From the NCBI GenBank assembly GCA_002245135.1, contig NGBS01001193.1:62001-82121 (forward strand): 20,121 nucleotides of DNA. Direction: 5' to 3'. Under the pieces are notes generated by a model. It saw only the letters and a program-made list of their open reading frames with translations. It ran no database searches and had not been told where the DNA came from. Shown here one piece after another: positions 9,671-19,635 of the stretch (position 1 is its first letter; every line of letters starts with the position of its first letter). The DNA comes from Proteromonas lacertae. Its lineage: Eukaryota. A program made the position numbers and the translations under genes.

Positions 9671-11203
9671 GTTTCTAAAAATGAGTATAACTCTATTTTA
9701 TCTATATTTTCTTTTACAGTTATTGATAAATCATATAATCTATAAAATACTTCTTTGTTTTCTCTCATTTATCTCAATTCTCTTTCATTCAATTCATTTC
9801 CTGACATATTTATACTTCTTATAGATTATTTGTAATATATATTACATTATTTAATCCTTTTTCGCTCATTCCTATATCTATTCAAATCATATATTATATT
9901 AATACTTGATATATTTAGTCCATATCTATATAATTTATATAAATTTTTACATATTATCTCTATTCCTTCATCTCCAATTGGATTATTATATATTGATATA
10001 CAATCTACATCATATGGTAAAGAATCTGTTAATTCTTTTAATCCTTTATAACTAATCTTGTTAATGGATAAAACAAGTGTTTCATAATCAATCTGTTTAA
10101 TTAATGTAATGTGAGAATCATTAATGTTTAAATCTATTTCATTATACACTAATATTTATACTTGATAGATCATAATATTCCACTTCTTCATTTGTCCATA
10201 ATGAATTTTTCATTTTTATAAATGGATAATCATCTTCTTCTATTGATTTTGAACAAATTGATTTTAATCCTCTCATTCTGATATTATTTCCATTCAGATT
10301 TATTGTATACCATTCTTCAAGTGAATCAAGTTTATCTGTTAATAGTAACGCACTTTCATCATCTATTGAGATATTGCTCAAATTTAATCATCTTCTCCAT
10401 ATTTTAAACTTTCGCATATTTTCATCATTTCTTTTTTCAACTCTTTTAAACTCATTCTATCCTCTCTCTTCACTTTTAACATTCTTGCAATCATTTCTTT
10501 CATCATTTCATCACATTCTACATATAAACTGTATTTACATTTCAGAATATTATTCAATGTTCTAAACATATCATTATCTTCATTAAATGGTAATTTCTTA
10601 CAAATCATTTCATATAATATACATCCATATGACCAAATCACACTTCTTTCATTACATTCTAATCCATTCAATTTTTCAGGGCTTTTGAAGCATATATCAT
10701 ACACTCTCATATCTTCTTCTTTTCTCAACAAATCTAAGAATACATCACATATCTTAAGATGGTTGTCATTATCAAATACAACATTAGAGCTCTTCAAATT
10801 ACCCATCACTATACCATATTCACTCAATATCATCGCTATATTACATATTGAATTTATCTCTCTACATATTTCATCACTTGACACAGATTCACTTTGAATT
10901 ATCTCTTCTAAATCTATACAGTAATAGCCTCTTTCCAAAATCATCATATTATCCCCGATTAATACCATTTCTAATCGATAAGTATATAATGAACAACAAT
11001 CTAATAATGAATGGTTCTGCTCTTGAAATTCAACATTCATAATTCTTATCATTTTCATTTCTTCTACATTTCTAAAAAATAAATCTACTTCACTTTTACT
11101 CTTTTCTCTTCGATTACATATCTATTATATTTCATACTTTCAGATCAGATATTCTATTCTTTAATATCTCTTCTATATCATTCAATTTAGATGAAAATGT
11201 CAT
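9583..11203 (-). pseudogene. Disrupted pseudokinase + RI-like LRR gene (copy 1)
   Basis: ATG 11203, intron donor at 11137 (acceptor ambiguous). Kinase fold GNLKSSNVVFDNDNHLKICD...SPE...VIWSYGCILYEMICKKLPF. LRRs LNLSNISIDDESALLL, INLNGNNIRMRGL, ISIYNNPIGDEGIEII. 28-nt introns at 10134-10161 and 9878-9905 restore the frame. A frameshift/stop at ~10384, a frameshift at ~9840 and an in-frame TAA at 9769-9771 cannot be removed by plausible introns. Confidence 0.8.
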
Positions 11204-11233
11204 TCTTTGAAAATTGAGTCGTTTCATTTTCAC

Positions 11234-11270
11234 ATTTTTCTTATTATTTCTGCATTCACTTATCTTAATA
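11234..11270. repeat. Direct repeat R2 (upstream flank of kinase-LRR gene); second copy at 12699-12735
   Basis: 35/37 identical (atttttcttattatttctgcattcact...cttaata). Confidence 0.9.
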
Positions 11271-11482
11271 GTCTATTTACTATTATTATTATTTTAATTT
11301 TATGTATTCTATCTAAATTTGTGATATTGAAAGAATACACTTAGACTTAGTCTATTTTCTCTTCACAATTTACAAATCATCATTTCATGAGAAATTCGAA
11401 TATTTTTGGATATAACTAATAATTATCTTATATAAAACTTGATTAATATTTATTTATTTATTTAACATTAACTATTATTAAA

Positions 11483-12478
11483 TTAATCCATTGGACAATT
11501 CTTTAAATACTCAAATATTTTGGAAGGATAGTAATCTTCAGGTCTTTTATAATAATTATCAGCAAAAGGAGAATTCAATACTTTATCTATCCAACTTTTA
11601 GGAATTTTATCTACACCATTATAACAACCTATTACTCCACCAACTATACAACAATTTGTGTCTGTATCACCTCCATAACTTAATACTAATTTCATTGCTT
11701 TTTCATATTCCATTTCATTATATAAACAATAAAACGTTAGTTGAAAAGCATGTTTTATATAGCCTATATCTTTTAGACAATTTATATTTAATTTTATATT
11801 ATTCTTTTCATCCATTTTTATTAAACTATTCTTAAACCATTCTATTATTTCTTCATTCTTGATTTTATATAAATATTCTTCACATTTCTTTATCGCATTA
11901 TCTTTATCATGAACTTTTCTTATTAGCTCACTTACACATATATTATATATACCACAAATTATTCCACATTTTTCATTACTGTGAGTTAGTTTACTATCCA
12001 TTACACTATATTCATAAATTTTATCATTACTTTCATTGTGATACCATATACCAATTGGATTACATCGCATTAAACAACCATTCGCTAAAGAACAAGGATT
12101 ATTATCTTTACATATTTTCATTAGTTCTCTTTCATTTATTTTATCAAAATCTAAGTTACTTAATTTATACAACGCATTGTGAGTTGCGGATCCTATATCA
12201 AATGGATTAGATAACATCCAATCTACATAGTTTTTTGCGATTTTTAGTATAGGAAATGGACTTGGTTTTTCTGAAATACTTTTACTCAGTTTCAGTTGCA
12301 TTTCACTATCATCAGTTATTTGACCTGCACCTATACTTTTCAATAAACCATATGGAAATTCACAAGCTTCGTCAATGTCTTTTTCACTAGGAAGTGTGGA
12401 TCTAAATTCCCAAAATGATCCTAATGCATCACCGATCATAGATCCTAATAAACTACCTTCTATGTATTTTCTCTTCAT
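11483..12478 (-). CDS. ADP-ribosylglycohydrolase (DraG/ARH family), intronless, 331 aa
   Basis: Family motifs GSMIGDALG, GQITDDSEM, PFDIG, NGCLMR, SKLTH, GGDTDTNCCIVGGVIG. ATG at 12478 preferred over the track's TTG start at 12532. Confidence 0.93.
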   Translation of the reverse strand: MKRKYIEGSLLGSMIGDALGSFWEFRSTLPSEKDIDEACEFPYGLLKSIGAGQITDDSEMQLKLSKSISEKPSPFPILKIAKNYVDWMLSNPFDIGSATHNALYKLSNLDFDKINERELMKICKDNNPCSLANGCLMRCNPIGIWYHNESNDKIYEYSVMDSKLTHSNEKCGIICGIYNICVSELIRKVHDKDNAIKKCEEYLYKIKNEEIIEWFKNSLIKMDEKNNIKLNINCLKDIGYIKHAFQLTFYCLYNEMEYEKAMKLVLSYGGDTDTNCCIVGGVIGCYNGVDKIPKSWIDKVLNSPFADNYYKRPEDYYPSKIFEYLKNCPMD

Positions 12479-12514
12479 AATATAGAAGAAAATGATGAAA
12501 TTAAAAAAATAACT

Positions 12515-12735
12515 AAAATATATGTGTTTCAAATGAAACGAATATTTTTCATTAATTCTTTTGATTATTTTTCATAGAAACAAATTTGCAATAAAATAAT
12601 AGGATTATAATTATTCAATATTGAAGAATTTTTTCGATAATTCTTTCTTCTCTTCTTCTGATATTCCATCTATTTTAATTCTTTCTATAAATGAAAATAT
12701 TTTTCTTATTATTTCTGCATTCACTAAACTTAATA
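12515..12735. repeat. Fused R1'+R2': internally deleted duplicate of the kinase-LRR locus
   Basis: 12515-12698 matches 9486-9670 and is followed immediately by 12699-12735, which matches 11234-11270. The 1563 nt between them in copy 1 are absent. Confidence 0.9.
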
Positions 12736-12836
12736 TAGAAAATTCATTATCAGCAAAAATATAGTGAACTATCATTTCAATATATGTAAATAAAACAACA
12801 TAAAACTCAAAATACAAAAGATTAACAATATATTGT

Positions 12837-14679
12837 CTATTTCAAGGATTTCAGTTCAAATAACGTCTCTTCAGCTTTAATAGTAGAAATATATTCATCA
12901 CCATACAATATCTTTCTCACTCTTACACATTCCTCCATTGCCTCTATTCCATCTTTTATCATTATTTTCTTCACTTTATTTGGGAGTTTTCCACCATTAC
13001 TGCATTTAAAATACACTACTTCACCTAGAGCTTCAAGAAAATTACATCTTTCTAAGTATAAACGAGGATAAAACCCATCAATACATTTCAATATACTTTT
13101 TATGTATTTATAACATCCTAAATAGTCTTTATCTCTTCTCATTCGATTGTTTAAATAACATAATAAATTATAAACAAACACATGTCTAGAATGTAAAGCA
13201 TACTCATTTTTATATTTTCCACTGTTTCTATTACCATTATTATTATTATTATTTGTCACATTAAATTCATTATCATCATATAAAGTATATTCTTTTAAAA
13301 AATTCTATTATATATTATTATATAATATATATATACTAAAGCAGGTTCTTTTCCATCTTCTTTGCTATTTATTCCTAATTCACTTATGGCTATTGAATAT
13401 TTTGACATTACATTAGTCATATAATCATGAACTGACTTCAATTCATAAAATGATTGACATTTCTTACATATCAAATGACTAATTTCTAATCTTTTAAAGT
13501 TTTCTAAATGATTTATTTCTTCTTCAATTTCTTTCTTTTTATTTTCATCTTTACAATTCTCTAAATCTTTCTTTAAACTGTTCATTCTTTTTTCCCTTTT
13601 TTCTCTTTTCTTTTTATTATCATATTCTTTCATTGTTAATAATATTCCTTCTTCACCACATTTTACACAGCAAATTCCTTCAATCATATCATCCACTTCA
13701 CTTCCATTTTTACATCTTTCACATTCACAATTAAAACTCTTTTCTCTGAATAATGTTTCATTTCTTAAATCTCTATGTTGATATAAATCAATATAAGCAA
13801 CTGTCAATTCTTCACCTGATTTGATATTCTTCATCGCTCTTACGATTAATTCATTATTGTATGAATAAAACATACAATTTGGATTACAACTATGATTAAA
13901 TAATGAAGATTTTGGACAGAGACAGATGGATATTATTGTATTCTCACCATTCATATCAGTTACTCCATGACTGTTATAATTGATTTTGTTTACTATTGAT
14001 AAAGCTTCTTTTTCATCTACTCGATATTGTTCTTTTATCATTTCCATTCCTTTACGTAATTTACTACATATTTTTTCATTGTCTTTGTCTACTGAATACA
14101 TTTGTTGAACATCTTCATAATTTGTGACAATTTCACCATTTTTGGACTATTTGATAATATATACTAATATTTATACTCTTCTTGGTAATTTTCGACAGAC
14201 TATAATTTTGAATGTCAAAAACAACAAGTCTAGTGAAACATCTTTATCACACTCATTTGGTAAGTCTTTATATAAATTACACAGCAATCTATGATAGATA
14301 TCAGAATTTTGACACTCAGCTGAACAGTAGAAGACTTGATTACATCTATTTCATTATACAATTTCATTTATACTCACCACAATAATATTGCAATCTTTTA
14401 ATTTCTTGACAGCAATGAGCGCAATACTTCGCTGCATATTCTCGAAGAACTTGATATGCAAACGGTTGCTCCTAAAGTATAACCCTTAATTTATACCCTG
14501 AATATTAGATCTCCTTCATTGATATCTTTAGTTGCTAAACAATGTCTACCTAATCTTTTGTTCTTTTTAACTATAACATTATCGCCAATGTTAAAGTTTA
14601 CGAATTTTCTATGATATATCAAATAATTTATCAATTACTCCTCAGCTACTTTCTTTTCTGGTGGATTTTCTGTTGACAT
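12837..14679 (-). CDS. SET and MYND domain lysine methyltransferase (SMYD family), 6 exons, ~565 aa
   Basis: Introns 14609-14638, 14472-14496, 14346-14373, 14147-14176 and 13305-13336 give one frame. Motifs: LGRHCLATKDINEGDLIFREQP; MYND CAHC...CGECNQVFYCSAECQ...HRLLC; FNHSCNPNC; GEELTVAY; post-SET FNCECERC. Confidence 0.93.
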
Positions 14680-14797
14680 AAAACCTTAAAAACAGAAATG
14701 TGATTTTCAAAAGGTTTGACTTTCGATCAAGCCGATCCAATAAAAACACGGTCAAACATACACGACTTTACATCTTCAATTACATCAAATTATAAAA
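14680..14797. promoter_or_regulatory. Compact bidirectional promoter between SMYD and MFS genes
   Basis: 118 nt between divergent ATGs. Contains a CpG cluster, a GTTTGAC/GTCAAAC inverted pair and CCAAT. Confidence 0.7.
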
Positions 14798-16451
14798 ATG
14801 CAATTAACAAACTTAAAGCCTTTAATTATACCTAGTACAGATATTATTTTATTGTTTAAGTTGTTCTGAATGTCTTCTGTGGTTTAATATGTGGTTATAG
14901 CAGTGGTGTAGTATCTGGAATGCATGTTCCAGTTATTAAATTCACCTATTTCAACAATGATGTTAGTTCAAACACTCTATCTTTCTATTATGTTTGTTTA
15001 AGAGTATTTCATTCCATGATTAGGGTTTATTTACCGCTTGTCTTCTTTTTGGAATGATTGCAGGATCAAGTTTAGGTGTATGGATTGGAAATTTATTTGG
15101 AAGAAGAATTGTATGTAATCTGAAAAATAACTGATTTTTAGGGATTATTTTTAGCTGGTTTAATCAGCATGATTGTACCAATTGTAATGTGTTTTGTTGA
15201 AAATTATTGGGGTGCTTTTGTCTTAAGAATCATATTAGGTTTTGGTAATGGATTATGTTCTTGTCTTGGTCCATTATATGTAACAGAAACAGTAGCAGCA
15301 AAGTATCGTGGAAGAGTAGGATCTGCCTTCCAATGTGCAATTACATTTGGTTTAGTTTTAGCAGTATATCAATAAATGATCTTATAATTATTTTAATAGT
15401 ATTTGTCAAACTATGTGTTTGCTAAAGGTGATTACGATGAAGATAAAGCATTAGAAATGTGGCAATGGGCTACCCAATATGGAATAGGTGGAATATTCGG
15501 ATTAGGCTTATTAATAACATTAATATGGACAAAAGAAACAGAAGTGTGGAAAAATATGAGATTTGGAAAGAAAGAAAATAAGAAAAATCATAATAAATTG
15601 AATATGGGTAAGAATATGAATAAAAATACTGAAAAAGATAATTCTTTAGCTGCTGCTCCACAGATTATTGATGTAAAAACTCCAGTCAATGATGTACTAA
15701 CACCAAACGTATATTATCATTGTTATTGATTTATAGGCTAAAGTTAAATATGCATTCTTTGGAATTATATTGGGAGGAATCTGTCAATTATCAGGTATTA
15801 ATTCAGTTATTTTCTATTCTGCTTCTATCCTAAATGGTGTTGGATTAAAGAATGTATAAATATTCATCTATTTTATATATCATTTATATATATATATAGC
15901 CACTTGTTGGTGCTTTAGTATTTGTTGGTTTATGGAACTTTGTTTCAGTTTTAATCATTTTACCATTCTTAGATAAATTTGGAAGAAGGCCATTGATGAT
16001 TAGCACATTTGCAGGAATGACAGTTGGTAATATTGTCTTAGCATTATCCTATGTATTTGATATTAGTGAATTAGCTGTTGTTGGAATTGTAGTGTTTTTA
16101 TTTATGTTTGAATGTGGTCCTGGATGTCTATTTTGGGTTATAGCCAGTGAAGCATTCCCTTCAACATGGAGAGAAATCGGTTTATCAATTTGTGTAAGTG
16201 CTAATAATCTAGCTAATATTGCTGTATCATTTGGCTTCCCTGTTGTACAAGAGTATACTGGAGCTGCTGTAGCTTTCTTTATATTTGCTGGAGTCGCTTT
16301 ATTTGGAACTATATTCCTGTTCTTCTGTTTACCTGAAAGTAGTGGTGAATTAGATAAAAAACCAGTTGTTGTTCAGAAGCTAGAAGGAAATGTCATATCT
16401 ATTCCTGGAGGAGAAAAACCTCCACAAGTTGAAATACCCTCAGTAGCATAA
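14798..16451 (+). CDS. MFS sugar porter family transporter, 7 exons, ~484 aa
   Basis: Introns 14835-14860, 14992-15023, 15111-15141, 15364-15399, 15709-15736 and 15854-15899 give one frame. Signatures GNLFGRR, PLYVTETVAAKYRG, QLSGINSVIFYS, DKFGRRPL, ASEAFPSTWREIG, LPES. Confidence 0.94.
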
Positions 16452-16847
16452 TTAATACTCTTTCTATTAAATTGTATATCTTTGTTTTTTTTGTTGTGTT
16501 TTATGCTAGCTTTAAGCATAATATAACGAATTTACACTAAAATAAACACTATATTATATAAAGACTCTTTAGTGAAGTTTCATCTCAATTAAGTGATTTG
16601 TAATAAAATTTAAGTGAGATAATGTTTATAATAATTTTAAAAAGCATACATATCACTCTAACATGAACATTATTGGAAGCTTTTATCATACAAAATCTCT
16701 TTCAAGTTGTTCAATACACAGATAAAGTAACAATAATTGCAATCAATTTTACTAAATGCTCCAATTGCGTCGCTATACAAAATGACATAAAAATTTTAAA
16801 TCAACATTCGTTATACAATTGATGTGGTATTATTTATTTATTTAAAA

Positions 16848-17352
16848 ATGATTGTTAAGTATTATTTTTAAAATTTATTAACATAGATGTACTTCTTGTA
16901 AATGTAATCGTAAGATCTCAGATTTTGGGAAGTATTACGTAGGGTATTAATCATTATGAACTAATATACTAGAGGGATGAAGAAAACCTGCAATTTCTGC
17001 TTAGAAAGAAAAATGAAAAACAGGATAGAAAAGCAGTTAGCCAATTCAAAGCTCAGAAGACCCAGAACACGACATTATGATCCAGAAGATGATAATATGA
17101 TAGAAAGTGATAGTAAAGAAGGAGAAGATAAGACAGTCATGGAGAATAACAAGACAAATGTACCAAGAAAAGAGGAAATTCCAGATTTGAGTGAAACAAT
17201 TAAAGTGATAAAGCCAATTCCAATCAAAAGATGTGCACCTCAAAATTCTAATATATCATTGCTTTGTCCAAAAATATTGATTATTCATAAACCAACAGTA
17301 TGGTTAAAAATTACTAAATTAACTACTTTTAAAGGCAAAAAATCAAATATAA
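16848..17352 (+). CDS. Small hypothetical protein with N-terminal CxxC...CxxC zinc-finger-like motif
   Basis: Introns 16859-16886 and 16944-16972 give MIVKCTSCKCNRKISDFGKYYVGGMKKTCNFCLERK, in frame with ORF 16977. A probable third intron at 17298-17334 gives a stop at 17352; if unspliced the stop is at 17369. Confidence 0.65.
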
Positions 17353-17479
17353 TTGTTTTAAGGAATTAGATCATTGTTATATGAATATTTATTTATTTGT
17401 ACTTCTATCTTACGTTTTATATATCATTTCATAGTTGCTTCTATTGTTTGTATGGGATAGTATGTTGTTATTAATCATT

Positions 17480-19635
17480 AATTCTTTGATTATCTTTCGT
17501 AATCAACAATTCCATTGCATTTGGAATTAATATTATTATCGCTTCTATCAAATTCTTCAATGTTTCATCAATATTTTTTAACCAATAATTCCTATTTCAT
17601 TTCCATTTAATACAAGAGATTTAAGATTTACAAATCAAGATAAATTGTTTATTATTATGTCAATACTTTTATATGTTAGCTAATTATCTATATAATAGAA
17701 GAATAATGAATTATACTACTCAGGTATAATTTTTCTATTTCTCCTACTTCGTTTGAAAAAAATCATCATCAATTTCTAAATCATGCAAATCTAATTCATT
17801 GTAGTGTTTTATATATACTTTATAATTTCTGGAATTTCTTTATCGATTAGCAATTCTTTTCTTCCATTAATATCAAATCTAACTTTTGAAATAGGAAATT
17901 TGGAGAATAATGCTTTTAATCCAACAGAATGAATATTTTTGTTATTATTAATATCTATTCTGTTGATATTTGGATATTTATATAACTCTTTCGATAATAA
18001 TATCATTGATTCATCATCTAAATCCATTCCACATAGATTCAATTCACTATATTCATTTATCAATAAATGTAAATGTGAAAGTAATAAAGAGAATCCTTTT
18101 AGACCAATGGGATTATCTATATTAAAATAACATACAATAATTAATATATACATGATAGATTTATATATTTTAATTTCATTAATGGAATTGATTTAATGAA
18201 TGATTGGAATGATATCAGTATTAAAATAGCAATGATTAAATTCCAAATTCTTGTAGATTAGATAAATGCTTAATATATGACATAATCAATTGTTGATGTT
18301 GTAATGGAACTCTGATTTCATCTAAATAAACAAAATATGAGAACACAATTATACAAATGCATAGTTCTTTTGGATTAATTAGTTTTATTATTCTAAACAA
18401 ATATTCTATTCCTTCTTTACAATAGCAACAGCATTTTGAATTAATTATTATTGTGTCTTTGTCTATCCAACTAATATCAATATTAATTATGAATTCATCC
18501 AAATAACATATTCTTTCTTTTACTTCACAGTTGTGGTGATTGTTATATTTCAATTTATATTTTATTGAATAATCTTCTTTGTATAATTTCATCATCAACA
18601 AAATTGACATTACTCTTTCATTTGGTTTTTTATTGTACAAATTAATGAAAAAAATCTCTTATTTCTTTCCAATTATTATTTTGAAGATAATACTTTAATG
18701 GATATATTATAGACATTCTAAAAGTTTTATAATCACTTCCATATAAAATTTCTTTTCTTTCTTTACAAATCATCAAATAATTTTCTTCATCTTTTAACAA
18801 TTCACTCATTTCATCATCTCTTTTTTCAACTCTTTTAAACTTATTCTATCTTCATTATTCACTTTTAACATTTTATTTATCATCTCTTTCACTTCATCAT
18901 CACATTCAATATCAAAACTGTATTTACATCTTAAAGATATTCTCTTTTATTTTATTAATATGATATTATTATCTTCATTGAATGGTAATTTCTTACAAAT
19001 CATTTCATATAAAATACAACCAATTGACCAAATCACACTTCTTTCATTACACTCATATCCATTCAACTCTTCTGGGCTTTTGAAACAAACATCATATATT
19101 CTCATATCTTCTTCTTTTCTTATAGTATTCAAGAATAAATCACATATCTTTAGATTATCTTCAGTGTCATATACTACGTTAGAGCTTTCAAATTGCCTAT
19201 CACTAAACTATATTCACTCAATACCATTAAAACAGTACATATTGAACTTACTACATTATATATATCACTTATTGAAAAAGGTTTAAATTGAATTACCTCT
19301 TCTAAATCTTTTGTGTAATATTCTCTCTCTAATATCATCATATCACATCCGAGGTTTTGAATATATGATGGATTGACATAGGATGAACAACAATCTAATA
19401 GTATTTTATTATTTTCATTCAATATCAATATCTTTTTTTTCTTTCATTCCAAATAAATCAAAGGTTTTTATCATTTTAAGATTATTTTGATATTGTACTA
19501 TTAGATCTGTTTCGATATTACTCTTATCAATTCTTTCTCTTACCTAGTTCATATATATTACAACCATACGTTCAAATTCGGTATTTTATTCTTCACTAAA
19601 TATACTATATTGTAATTCTGACACAAATATAACAT
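17480..19635 (-). pseudogene. Decayed pseudokinase + LRR gene (copy 2)
   Basis: Clear paralog of copy 1 (LLDCCS, MMILER, RKEEDMR.YD.CFKSPE, ECNERSVIWS.GCILYEMICKKLPFNEDN) with the same first-intron position (19544-19569). Frameshifts near 19435, 19187, 18810, 18650, 18238 and 17812. In-frame stops at 18947, 17680, 17635 and 17578. 3' boundary approximate. Confidence 0.88.

Noticed and set aside
12479..12532. N-terminal extension of the ARH ORF
   Set aside because: TTG start inside repeat R1'; family-like sequence starts after ATG 12478.
12611..12817. 68-aa ORF ending FIERIKIDGISEEEKKELSKKFFNIE
   Set aside because: Chimeric product of the R1'/R2' fusion with a TTG start; not an independent gene.
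16660..16830. About 50-codon open + frame containing CSNC
   Set aside because: No in-frame start or convincing splice link; more likely the upstream region of the zinc-finger gene.
18800..18960. Euplotes-like programmed frameshifting at AAA-TAA/AAA-TGA in the kinase-LRR genes
   Set aside because: The required shifts differ in direction, several lesions lack the motif, conserved residues (KSSNVV) would be lost, and plain nonsense codons exist.
7572..19286. Short overlapping ORFs (7572, 7681, 10374, 10685, 10848, 15470, 17046, 17939, 18960)
   Set aside because: Shadows of better-supported genes or pseudogenes.
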